Shown: positions 35,401-46,127 of the stretch, in pieces
Layout: the number at the start of each line of letters is the position of its first letter
Numbering within the stretch: position 1 is the first letter of the stretch
Assembly (NCBI GenBank): GCA_004431415.1
Contig: QPMI01000546.1
Location: 62,001 to 126,000, forward strand
Reading direction: 5' to 3'
Length of the DNA: 64,000 bases
From: Cyanophora paradoxa CCMP329
Lineage: Eukaryota; Plantae; Glaucophyta
The notes under the pieces: model-generated
Seen by the model: the letters and a program-made list of their open reading frames with translations, nothing else
Database searches by the model: none
Told to the model about the DNA's origin: nothing
Translations under genes and position numbers: made by a program

Positions 35401-38400
35401 AACAACACCGGAAAGGGTGGTATTGTGTAAGTTTTTTGCCGCCATTCTCTGATTGACTTCTAAGGCGCCTCCTGATGTTGTCTTAATCCACGCCATCTCA
35501 CATTTTCCGTGATCATCTGTGGGTTGTCCTGCAACAGGAAGATAGTTTACAACTTTCTCCCTTGTGAATACTATCTTAGGTCTTGCTCCATCATATGCAC
35601 TTTGATCTGTTACATTTACTTGTATCGCTGCTGAAAAATCCGCTACTTGTCCTGTTTCACCCGGGTGATAATTCGTGACATAGATACTGGGGAAAGTATC
35701 ATTTACTCCTACATTAAAATCACCACTATACACTCCATTTACGATTGGATCCCTGGGTAATCTTACTGCAAGAGTTCCCACCATCGGTGTGCCGTCTTGA
35801 CCTGTAAACGACCCATTGAGACTAACATAATGATCATTCAAAAATAGCCTTTCAGGTGTATTAATCGATTGGTAAAGTGTGACTCCATTAAAAACGTTTC
35901 CGATTGCATTCAATTGTGCGAATACTGGCTGTTCGTCTATTTCGTCCCAATTGTGCCTATGTGCAAAATCTGAGATATCCACTTTTGTGTGGGTATGTGC
36001 AAAATCTGTAATATCTGCTTTTAGGTGAGTATGTGCAAAGTCTGTAATATCTGCTTTAAGGTGGGTGTGTGCAAAATCTGTGATATCTGCTTTTGTGTGA
36101 GCATGTGCAAAGTCTGTAATATCTGCTTTTAGATGAGTATGGGCAAAGTCTGAGATATCTGCTTTTGTGTGAGTATGGGCGAAATCTGTAATATCCGCTT
36201 TGACGTGTTCATGTGCGAAATCCGTAATATCGGCTTTGACGTGTTCATGTGCGAAATCTGTTATTTGATCTTTTGTGTGAGTGTGGGCAAAATCTGTAAT
36301 ATCGGCTTTGACGTGTTCATGTGCGAAATCTGTAATATCGGCTTTAACATGTTCATGGTCTGAGGGTGGGAATTTTTCGGGTGCGTCAGGGATATTATCC
36401 CATCTAAAATAATCTTCTGTTACGACTCTTGAAATATTTTCGTTATGAATGTTTTTCGCTGAGGCTCTCTGATTGATTTCTAAAAGACCCTCAGGAACTC
36501 CACCATTATAATTTGTTTTAATCCATGCTACCTCACATTGTTTATAATCGTCACGATCTCCTAAAAGTGTTTCTGCTGCGAGTTGCTCACGGCTGAATAT
36601 TAATTTCGGTCTTGATCCATCCAAATCGCTTACATTCGTCACATTAATTTGTATGGCTGCGTTTTTGTCTGTATAGTTTGCCGGATCTGATGGTAAAGAT
36701 ATTAAACCTCCTGTCATTGGGACGTCTTCCGCATAATAACTGGTTAAGTAGATTCCCGGTTTTGTGTCTTTTATTTCAATACCACCACCAAGTGGTAATA
36801 TTACATCCCTTGTGGGTGGTCTAATATACAATTCGCCATCCATTGTGGTGCCTGCATCGATTCCCTGACGATTCACATAATAATCGTTTAATTGTAATCT
36901 TTCTGGTGTGTCTATATTTTGGTAGAGACTCACACCATTGTTAATATCTCCTAATAATACATTTCCTGCTGATGCAAAAGTGGGCTGCTCTCGTATTTCG
37001 CTCCAAATATGTAAATGGTCTTCCGGCGGAAACTCAGGTGGAATTCCATCGATATCGCCCCAATCATGCCTGTGATCTTCAGGTGGATATTTCTCAGGTT
37101 TACCCAAGATCTCATCCCAATCATGGTTGTGATCCTCTGGTGGATATCTCGCTGGTTTGTTGTTGATCTGTTCCCAATCTGGAAAGAACTCAAAAAGCTC
37201 CGGTTGTAATCCATCTGGTAAAAACTCCTCATGGGTTCATAAGGTTGCTCATAATCCACAACTGGTGGTTCGAGACCATCTGCTAAATATTCCTCATGGG
37301 GTTCATAATTCTGTTCATACTCAAACTCTTGTGGATCTAAACCATCGGGTAAATACTCTTCCTCATTTGGGTCGTATTGATCATACTCATACTCTTGCGG
37401 GTCGAAACCGTCAGGTAAAAACTCTTCCTCATCTGGGACAAATTGGTAATCATCAAGCTCTAATATATCGATTTCAGGAGGTAAATACTGTTCATCTATT
37501 TGTTTTTTCGGTTCGAAGATAGGTTTATTGCGAACTTGCTCCCAACTGACAATATGTTGACCGAAAGGAACTGTCTCATCAGCAACTCGCTCTCGACCAG
37601 GTCCATCCGGGATTGGCGGCTTTGGTAACCCTGGAAGAGGTGGTATAGGGACAATAGGTCCGAAGTAGTAGTTGAAAATGTTGATAACCTGCTCTTCAGT
37701 GCTAACCTTCTTACCATCCTGATAAATATTAGTTCCATGAATATTTCTCCACTGCCTGGTGCGAAGCCCTAGGTCATATCTATCATGCAATGCCGGGAGC
37801 AGGTGCCTGTCAGCCTCAATCAAGATAGAGCCGAAGGTGCATCCAGGAATATCGAACCTGGTGGCTGGCTCGGTATCGATTTGATTTACATCAAACCCGA
37901 AAAGAAGATTTGCTTCTCGTGCATCGGTATATAGTAGATCCCAGGGGAACGGCTGAATTTGTGATGCAAGCACTGATATTGCAGCATCTTCGCCAAGGAG
38001 AATTCGCCCAGTGATTTGAGCCGCAGTTTTGTTTGCGACATCATTTGATTCATCAATTAGACGTAGAGCTGATGTATGGACCCCTCTATCATTTTGGAGC
38101 CTAAATATCAATCTACCAGAATCATACTTGGAGACTGTGCCTGAGGAGGCAATTCGCAGGTGTCGTGGCAACGCCCTGGACCCAATAATTTCAGCAACAA
38201 AGTTCTCAGTGGGACCAAGACAGAATCTCTGTGCAATATCTGGGGCACCAACGTGAGAGTTCCGCAGAATTAATGCAGCTGGTCGACTAAACTCGGTCCT
38301 GTGGATGTCACGATCAGCATTGAAGTCTGCCAAGATGCTTCCAAATACGCGAATATTTATGAGTCGATCATCAACGAAATCTGGAGATCTACGAAGTGGC

Positions 38401-38426
38401 ACTGGCTTCTTCAAGATGTAGGACAT
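32430..38426 (-). CDS. ~2000-aa modular tail-fibre-like protein with C-terminal Peptidase_S74 intramolecular chaperone (seven ORF pieces joined by six single-base frameshifts)
   Basis: C-terminus SDRRYKTDIKKI..AL..IEKL.GV.F...GLIAQDVEKVIPEVV...L.YTGLVPVLIEAVKEL; PPEDHxHxW repeats; HxHxKADITDFA repeats; four ~130-aa repeats containing WxNxRYFxI. Confidence 0.85.
35950..36357 (-). repeat. Eleven 36-bp coding tandem repeats (HxHxKADITDFA)
   Basis: Seen directly in ORF 34990-37107 and in the DNA (gcaaaatctgtaatatctgcttt...). Confidence 0.95.
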
Positions 38427-38450
38427 TTTTATATAAGCCCCCTTTTAAAA

Positions 38451-39934
38451 ATGAAGGTCATTCTCTCACTATCAGGTGGAGGTGCTCGTGGAATAGTCAT
38501 AGCCCGAATTCTACAACGGATTGAGGCGATTACTGGGAAAGCAATACCACAGCTGTTTGATTTCTTTGCAGGCACCTCAACAGGGGCAATAATAGCGGCC
38601 GGATTGGCGATCCCATCAGCTCCAGGCTCTGTTCTTGCTTACCGATATTCTGCAGGTGATATCTTGAGTCTATATCAAACGAACCTGCCAACAATATTTG
38701 CAAATCCGAGATCACTCACAAGCTTGCTCTCAGGAAGCCGCTATGATGCAAATCCTCTGGAGTCGGTGCTTACAGACGTTGCCCTGGACTACACAATTGC
38801 AGAATCGACAAAAGACGTATTAATTACAGCGTTTGATACAGTTCGGATGCAGCCAGTAGTTTTTACGAAGGATGGGCCATATTCAAGCACGCTGATTCGT
38901 GATGCAGTGAGAGCATCTTCAGCAGCACCTACATTCTTTCCACCGAAGGTTCTAGGGACAAAAACCTTGTTGACGGGGCAATTGCCTGTTTGAATAATCC
39001 CTCAGTTGCTGCACTCAGCCACGCCAGTAAAATTTACGATGCAGAAGATCCAATTGTTCTTGTGAGCATTAGCTGTGGTGAAGTCCAAGCCAGTGAGCAA
39101 TTGACTGCAGGCTTTTCGAATTCGGAGACGTCAGGCTGGGGCGCACTGGGCTGGATCCTATCCCTCTCAGGCAGCCCAATCATTTCTATGCTAATGGCTG
39201 GTAGCGAGCTGGAATCGCACTTTCAAATGCAGGAACTGCTTCCAGTTGATGCAGATAGGAATCTAACTAGATACTGGCGTTTAAGTGTTCCTCTGCCAGC
39301 TGCAGTCATGAGCAAGCTTGATGATGCCTCCCCATCGAATATTTCTTATTTGATTTCTACAACAGATTTATGGCTGAAACAAATCGAAATAAATGCTAAA
39401 ATAAATGCGCTCTGCAGCTTTCTATTGGCGAACTACAACCTACTGAACGATGACAGACTAATCATATCGTCAACTTTAACAGTTGAGCCGCCATTTGATG
39501 TCAACTGGTTTATAATTCCAGATGCAAACATCATAAGCAACGACTTTGAGGAATTGCACCCACCTTCTCATGTGCGACCCAACTCAACAGGGTTCCAAGG
39601 TGGCACTCTACCTAATCCCTGGATCAGAGTCGAATTTACAAAGCCTTTTGAGCTACATCAAATCATTATGTATGGGCCAGCTTTTGCTGCCGGAGTCCTA
39701 TTTAATTTCAGCATTCTGACCAACTTAGGATATGTCCAAGATGGGAGGCTTTTTGAAAATACGGTCCTAGCAAATGTGCTTGCTGCGAACCCAACAATGG
39801 CAGGCTTCGATCTAATGCATAGTGACTCGCATTTGATCACCCCACAGGTATATAACTATGTGCAAATTATAACAAACGAATTTATAAATGTGAATGCATT
39901 CCGGCTTGATTTCCGGGGACGTTACATTAATTAG
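38451..39934 (+). CDS. Patatin-like phospholipase with a C-terminal beta-rich extension (frameshift near 38962)
   Basis: LSLSGGGARG, FAGTSTG, ASSAAPTFF, and VDGAIACLNNP after restoring one A in an A-run. Confidence 0.9.
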
Positions 39935-40258
39935 GCGGCGGCATGAATGCCCAGGAAATCAGAGAGAGTCCAAGACGTGTTGGAATAGTTCTGCCAGATT
40001 TATCTTTCTCCCAAAATGGTGCTCCATTACGCCTCCCAGTCGCCTCTTAATGTAATTCTCTCTTCGCTGATACCAAGTTGTGTTTTTGGTTGCGAGCTCC
40101 TTTTTGATTCCGTCAGGACCAAATCGGCGGTAAGCTTGCAGAAAACCTAGGTTTGTTTGTGTGCTTGGCTTATCTCCAATCGCAACAAGTGATACTTTTT
40201 TGTCCCGCATCAACGGTAAGTACTTTTCAATCTGAGCTATGGGCATCAACTGCGACAT
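39927..40258 (-). CDS. Viral hypothetical basic protein (~110 aa, one frameshift)
   Basis: GFLQAYRR...WYQRRENYIKRRLG continues as NGAPFWEK...PTRLGLSLISWAFMP after a +1 correction. Confidence 0.6.
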
Positions 40259-40352
40259 TTTTTATATATTGTGCCAAGAAATAAAACGGGGCGGAGGCAC
40301 AGCCGAGCTGCTTGTCTGCGACTTTTCAAATCAGTTTGTCTGGCGACTTTCC

Positions 40353-41267
40353 CTAAGTGATGAACTGGAGCTCCCCAGACCATGGCAATCCATTCAGTAA
40401 TACATCATCACCATCTCTGTCTACAATGCGCAGTCGCAAGGAAGTCAGCACAAGACGCTCTTCGATGGGGATCCATTCGCCTTGATGATCCTGATTTATA
40501 TAAACGAATTTGCCAACGTCCTGACTCATTTGAATTCGAGCAAGCCCGTAGTTGCACATTGTTTTGGCCCACGGCGAAGCTTTGAAGCAAATGGTCGAAG
40601 CTCTTCACAGACAAGGAATAGATACTGGTCGCTGTTCATGTCAATTATCTTTGGAAATTCGACAGCATAACCAAGTGGCTCACTCCGCATTCTTTCGGTG
40701 AAATCCACGCCATATTCAGGGTGTGAAGGTGTTACTGGAATGCCAGCAACCTCGAGATATCGCTCAGCTGCAGTTACTGATCTTTGCCCTCCTTCAAACA
40801 CGATAGGAGACAGCTGGAGAGACTCATTTCGGTTCAGCCCTAGCAGATTCGATAGAGCTTTGAACTGGCAGGTGACTGTGCAGGAACGGTTGCAATAGGC
40901 AGACATCTTCAGTGTCTCTGGGTCCCGAAACAATTTGAAATATGCCATTACGATTCCCCCAGTTCAAACTTAAACGATAGGCCAAAGTTGTAAAGATCTG
41001 TTTCGCCCATATTTGCAGTAGTAATTATACCAGGCTCAAAAACTGCCAGATTTCCGTCCAAATGTTGGGGAAGGTGATCGAAAGATACTCATCTCTAATG
41101 CTCGTGTAAAGGCTGTTTGCGAACTCACACTGGGTAAGTCGAACAGCAACTGGATTGATTATAGGTTCATTTATTTCTAGCACAAAGTTTGCCTCTGAAT
41201 CGATTGGCCTTCTGTCTCTACTGTCAAAGCTGAGCCTGGCGCAGCGTCGATGCTTGTCTTCGACCAT
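40353..41267 (-). CDS. Minor capsid/penton-like protein 1 (three frameshifts, ~305 aa)
   Basis: N-terminus LSFDSRDR...F.LEINEPI.NPVAVRL..CEFANSLY; C-terminus DQYLFL...LTSLRLRIVDRDGDDVLLNGLPWSGELQF. This is the pattern of single-jelly-roll minor capsid proteins. Confidence 0.72.
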
Positions 41268-41295
41268 TTTTTATTCTCTAACTGATATAAAAAAG

Positions 41296-42252
41296 ATGCC
41301 AACGGACTACGTCTGCATTGCAAGCCACCAAGCGGATGAGCTGACATCCACCTCAAAATTTAAAGTAAGACTGCCTAAAGTTTATCAGGATGTGAAAGCT
41401 GTGCGCTTGGTATCAGCTGAGATCCCCAACACAATGAGCACAGTTGATGCACTCGATCCAGCAGAGGATTTAGTGTTTGACACGTATATATATTGGTGCA
41501 AATATGATCCTGCAAATGAGGGACCCGATCCACCTCAGCCAGGTTTTGGAGCCTGGAATAACATTACAATTCCACCTGGAAATTACGACGTCACCTCGCT
41601 TGTGACAAAGATAAACGATAGGTTGACGGGGACTGGTATCACGTGCACGTATAATTCAGCAGTTAAATCAATAGGGTTCACAGCTAGCTTCGAGTTCTTT
41701 ATTGCTCTGATGTTGCCAACGAACCTGGGTGGGCGGGAAATCAGAAACTACCAGGCTGTTGCTAGGGCTCAGCGAACTGCAAAGCTGCTAGGCTTGCGAT
41801 CAATTCTACCGATTCGGTCTAAGGATTTAACTGTCGATATTCAATATATAGAGGGCGCTTATGAACCCGATGTCACTCCCGATGATCATGTGCTACTTCG
41901 CATTCCTGAAATTGGTGATCTTGTCAGTATGCCCAATACTTCAATTCCTGGCTTCTTCTCAAAGCTCAGCATTCCAAGCGCCCTTCGTCCAGGCGAGACA
42001 GCCTACTACGATTCAACTGAAGCAAATCCTTTGTATAAGTATGTTTATTCAAAGCTGGACCTCTACTCTGTGACTATTGAGATATACGATTTTATGCAGC
42101 GAATCGCTGATTTAAATGGAGCTCCTGTGTCATTTATTCTCGAAATTCGTTATGGTCCTGACGAACCCAATGGTGATGTTGTCTACGAACTTGCAAAACT
42201 TCAGCTCCAGAAAAGGTCAAAGACATATCCTTGGATCAATTCGTCAAACTGA
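41296..42252 (+). CDS. Minor capsid/penton-like protein 2
   Basis: FKVRLPKVYQDVKAVRLVSAEIPNT, ITIPPGNY, DDHVLLRIPE, VTIEIYDFMQRIADLNGAPVSFILEI. Confidence 0.78.
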   Translation: MPTDYVCIASHQADELTSTSKFKVRLPKVYQDVKAVRLVSAEIPNTMSTVDALDPAEDLVFDTYIYWCKYDPANEGPDPPQPGFGAWNNITIPPGNYDVTSLVTKINDRLTGTGITCTYNSAVKSIGFTASFEFFIALMLPTNLGGREIRNYQAVARAQRTAKLLGLRSILPIRSKDLTVDIQYIEGAYEPDVTPDDHVLLRIPEIGDLVSMPNTSIPGFFSKLSIPSALRPGETAYYDSTEANPLYKYVYSKLDLYSVTIEIYDFMQRIADLNGAPVSFILEIRYGPDEPNGDVVYELAKLQLQKRSKTYPWINSSN

Positions 42253-42327
42253 GCTAAGCTCGCGGCACGCAAGCGAGCCTTGGCGAAGCGGCAGAATTAT
42301 TTTCTTTCACTGCAATTATATAAATCG

Positions 42328-43715
42328 ATGGATGTCACTCAAAATTTGCAGCGGCTCGGCCTCAAAGAGCTCCTGACAACTCCACAGGAAGCGAAGGACT
42401 TCTTTATGAACAATGAGCTTATGTTGGGTCTAACGAGCCAAACCAAGCCTGTTCGTGTTGTTGTCAACCCAAGCAATGACTATGGAGACTGCTTCGGTAA
42501 ACGAGTCACCTACTTCCTTCCCAGATACAACTTCCTTCAGGGGCTCGAACTCCAGTTTACCCTGCCCGAGTTGACCGCTTTTACTGGTGACACTGACCTG
42601 GTTCGCACTGGTTATCTGCGGTCTGTTGGTGCTCTTGTAAAGCGAATTGAAATCAAATATGCTTCCTACAGCTACATCGTCCCCGAGGACTGGCTTGTTC
42701 ACAGCGCACTGATTTACAATGATGATGCTCAGCTCAAAAAGAAATACCGGTCCGGTGGCTGGCTACATGGAACACCACCTCAGGGGACAAATCGCGCTGG
42801 AGGTATTTTCAGTGTAAAAATCCCATGTCCCTGGAGGGTTCTGTGCTCCCAATTGGTGCTCTTTCTGGCGAGGTGTCTGTCGAGGTTTGGTTCCGTGATC
42901 GTGCCCAGGGCTTTGTTGAAACCAGCTATGGTGGTAGGTTTGTAACGGAATATGCCATCGGCGGTGATGCCACTAAAGAGGATGGCCTTGGTAGTGTTGG
43001 AGCTGCCGCTGCTTCCCCTGCAAACATCGGCCAGAATATAACTCCCAATGTTCTCAGTGTCACCCCTGCCAATCCGGAGCTTTCTAATCCAAAGATTATT
43101 GCTCATTGTATCAACGTTGATGAGGCCACTTTTGCCCAGGTGATTGAGAAAGTCAAAACGTCTGGAATCGCAATTCCCGCTACCGATGTCGGCTGGGTTG
43201 ATGCTGATTCAATTACTTATGCAGGTGCGGGAGCGCCCACCCGGATTAATCTGTCTCAAATCAGTGGACTTTGCTACGGCCTGTTCGTTAGCATTCGCAA
43301 GCAGCCAAACATGAACCAAACTGATGGAAAACACAGTGTCCTCAAAACCGAGGCTAATGCTCGCGATATCACTATTTCCTGCGAATTGAATGGCCAGCGG
43401 CTTTATTCAAATGAGCCTGTTCCTCTCTTGCAAGGTGCCGAACTCATCGCTGATGTCTTCAAGTGCTCCAATCTCGACGCACCTCTTAATCGGTATGTTC
43501 TGACTGGTTTGCCATTTTGCATTAGTGGGGATAAATCGATTCGAAATGCTGCTCAAACTGGTTTCGTAGATCTGACGAACTCCAGCAGCTGCTTCCTGAA
43601 TATCATGAACCCTGCTGCTTACGATGCTAACAACAAGATTTACGTCCAGGTTCGAGCTCTCCTTCACACTGTACTAATTGTTGATGCTGCGGGTCTTCGC
43701 AAGGTGAACCTCTAG
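42328..43715 (+). CDS. Major capsid protein, double jelly-roll (frameshift near 42833, ~460 aa)
   Basis: FGKRVTYFLPR..FLQGLELQFTLPEL...GALVKRIEI...EDWL...VLPIGALSGEVSVEVWF, and TGFVDLTN near the C-terminus; lies between a penton-like gene and the ATPase. Confidence 0.75.
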
Positions 43716-43777
43716 TCGAATTGTCGTCAGACAAGCTGCCTTGGCTGCGCCTGCGAATCTCGGTAGTTAATTTTTTG

Positions 43778-44527
43778 ATGGATCAGTCTCAAGAGCTCGC
43801 ACAGTTCCAGCCGGGAGACATGAGGGTCCCTTTCAAAGCCCTATTTATATCGAAGTCCAATAGCGGCAAATCGTTCTATTGCACAAAGCATCTGCTTCGA
43901 CTGCTGTATCCAAAGATCAACCGAGTCGTCGTTTTCACTGCCACCAAATTCAATGGTGAATACTCTGCAATAACTAAAGAGCTTTACGACGATTTTCAGC
44001 CATCTATCGTTGCAGAAATCATTGATTCACAGCGCAATTTGATTGAAAACAAAAAGAAAGCGCCGCAGATATTGCTAGTCTTGGACGATCTTGTTGCCGC
44101 CTCTGAAACAGTGGATCTGCGAAATAGCAAGGCTGTAAATCGACTTTTTACGCAGGGCCGACATTTTAATATAAGTACGATTCTTATGACCCAAAAACTA
44201 ACAGCATTAAGTCAATCTATAAGATCAAACAGCGATTACTGCTTTTTCTTCAGTTACAGCAACCACACTGAACTGGAGGCCATTTATAGAGAGTTTAGCC
44301 ATCTTCCAAAAGAAGAATTTATTGCTTTATTTCAAACTTGGGCTCACGATTATCAGTGCCTAGTCCTGGATGGGACCAAATACGATACGGCCTGGTTCGT
44401 CGATAAAGCTGTTGAAGATAAGAGTTTTCGTTTTACAAAATGGGTTAAGAATGAACCTGAAGAACGTAAGACCGAAGATTCTTCGCCTGTTGTCTCTAAA
44501 AAGAAGCGTTTTAAAATCTTACCATAA
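43778..44527 (+). CDS. A32-like (FtsK-HerA) DNA packaging ATPase
   Basis: Walker A SKSNSGKS, Walker B LLVLDD, LFTQGRHFNIS, TQ, SIRSNSDY. Confidence 0.93.
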   Translation: MDQSQELAQFQPGDMRVPFKALFISKSNSGKSFYCTKHLLRLLYPKINRVVVFTATKFNGEYSAITKELYDDFQPSIVAEIIDSQRNLIENKKKAPQILLVLDDLVAASETVDLRNSKAVNRLFTQGRHFNISTILMTQKLTALSQSIRSNSDYCFFFSYSNHTELEAIYREFSHLPKEEFIALFQTWAHDYQCLVLDGTKYDTAWFVDKAVEDKSFRFTKWVKNEPEERKTEDSSPVVSKKKRFKILP

Positions 44528-44536
44528 GAAAAGAAC

Positions 44537-45175
44537 ATGGGTCGCGGGATTCCTAAGAAGGGCTATCGTGAACGACGCAAGGTTAATATATCTGAGCCGA
44601 ACGCCCCACTGATTGAAAGCGGCTCGACTGAGGGTGCAGCTGTTGCTGATCCTAGCGGAGAGCTAGCTAGTGAGCCCCAATTAAATGCACCTGTCGCTAA
44701 AACAATTGCCTCCGCAGCTGCTGGTGCCAGTGCAATTGACGACCGACATGCCCAGGCTAAAACCGTTACGGAAATGCAGTCTGATATCGATGATGATGCT
44801 GCTAGAATTATCCAAGCCATGGCGTCTGAGCCTAGATACTCCGGTCCAAAAATCAAGACAGCATCGGTATCAAAGACGCAGTTTGACGAACTAGCTGCTA
44901 AATTGCGTGATCTAGAAGCGAGGTCGGCTAATATCGAGAGCTACGTAAAAGACAAGCAAGAGAGAGCTAAAATTCGTGAGATGTTGCGAAGCGAAATGTT
45001 TAAGACAAGAGTGATGGATGCACCTGATTTGCGGTATTTGAAAAACGAAAAAGCTAAAGCCGAGCAATCGCTTGACTCTGCCGAAGTAAAACCAGCAACT
45101 CCAAATGTTTTTGAACCCAATTCTACGAGCTCACAGATGAAGAATGCGATGGGTGGGAGAAGGATTCGTCTGTGA
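44537..45175 (+). CDS. Viral hypothetical protein, basic N-terminus and coiled coil
   Basis: 212-aa ATG ORF directly after the ATPase. Confidence 0.7.
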   Translation: MGRGIPKKGYRERRKVNISEPNAPLIESGSTEGAAVADPSGELASEPQLNAPVAKTIASAAAGASAIDDRHAQAKTVTEMQSDIDDDAARIIQAMASEPRYSGPKIKTASVSKTQFDELAAKLRDLEARSANIESYVKDKQERAKIREMLRSEMFKTRVMDAPDLRYLKNEKAKAEQSLDSAEVKPATPNVFEPNSTSSQMKNAMGGRRIRL

Positions 45176-45698
45176 AATTCAGACGCAAGAACGGCTTATC
45201 ATCTTCACTGGTATGTCCTATAGCGTAAGCATCACGGGCTCTCGCTGCAGCTTCAGCAGTGGTAAAGTATCCGATGTGCTTTTTGCGACCATTTATCCGA
45301 TATTGCGCATACCATTTTCCACGCTGCTGATGGAAGCAAACACCAATGAAACCACTTGTGTTATTTCGCAGCTGGCCACGATTCAAATTCTGCTGCCGCT
45401 TTGTAGCAAGTCGTAGGTTCTCGCGGCGATTATCGAGTTTGTTCAGATTTATGTGATCGACAGTCAAACCGTTCTCCAACTCTCCAGAGATGAAATTATG
45501 CAAATACACATTCTTTCTATTGATTTTGGTTTGGGCGTATCCATATTTATCCAAACGCCAGCGAAATCCGAGCACACGTTGAGCATCATCCTGTGAAACA
45601 AGAGCATAAGCTACAACAATTCCATATCTGCCATTCCTACGACCAGTAATCGGAATCAGAGCAACACCTTCAGGGACATCTGGAATTGTGACCTCCAT
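45123..45698 (-). CDS. HNH endonuclease with C-terminal AP2 DNA-binding domain
   Basis: YLHNFI...VDHINLNKLDNRRENLR...QNLN; NTSGFIGV...KWYAQY...HIGYFTTAEAAARARD. Confidence 0.93.
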   Translation of the reverse strand: MEVTIPDVPEGVALIPITGRRNGRYGIVVAYALVSQDDAQRVLGFRWRLDKYGYAQTKINRKNVYLHNFISGELENGLTVDHINLNKLDNRRENLRLATKRQQNLNRGQLRNNTSGFIGVCFHQQRGKWYAQYRINGRKKHIGYFTTAEAAARARDAYAIGHTSEDDKPFLRLNFTDESFSHPSHSSSVSS

Positions 45699-45727
45699 CT
45701 TCTTTACAATCTGAGATTGAGATCTCT

Positions 45728-46018
45728 TTAAGGCAAGTCAAAATCTGGCAAATCCGGAAGATCCTCCACAGTAGGTTTTCTCTCTCGCTCAGCGAAGTCA
45801 AGCATTCCGTTGACTGTTGCCAGATCTTCCAATTGACAAATTTCAAAAGCCCGCTGCAATTCACGTTTGTCGTACTCACGAAGATGCGGCCAAGATAACA
45901 ACCATTCCGCATATTTTGGGTCGCTAAAAACTACTTTAAGATGAGTTTCACCGCGGTACTTCCCAAATCGAATTGTTCCTGCGGCGCAGCGACGCTGCTT
46001 GTCTAGATCTGCGTCCAT
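45728..46018 (-). CDS. Small FGKY-motif protein (exonuclease-X C-terminal/DUF3820-like)
   Basis: IRFGKYRGET...DPKYAEWL. Confidence 0.65.
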   Translation of the reverse strand: MDADLDKQRRCAAGTIRFGKYRGETHLKVVFSDPKYAEWLLSWPHLREYDKRELQRAFEICQLEDLATVNGMLDFAERERKPTVEDLPDLPDFDLP

Positions 46019-46127
46019 TATTTGAATTATATCTCGGATTTTATGTTCGGAATTTAACGCAACACAAACCTGCGATTTATGCCATAAAAAGATTTCGTAC
46101 CTTGTTTGTGACGAGAAAACCAAAGAA

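Noticed and set aside
35950-36357. 36-bp repeats as a CRISPR array
   Set aside because: Contiguous in-frame coding repeats with synonymous variation; no spacers and no cas genes.
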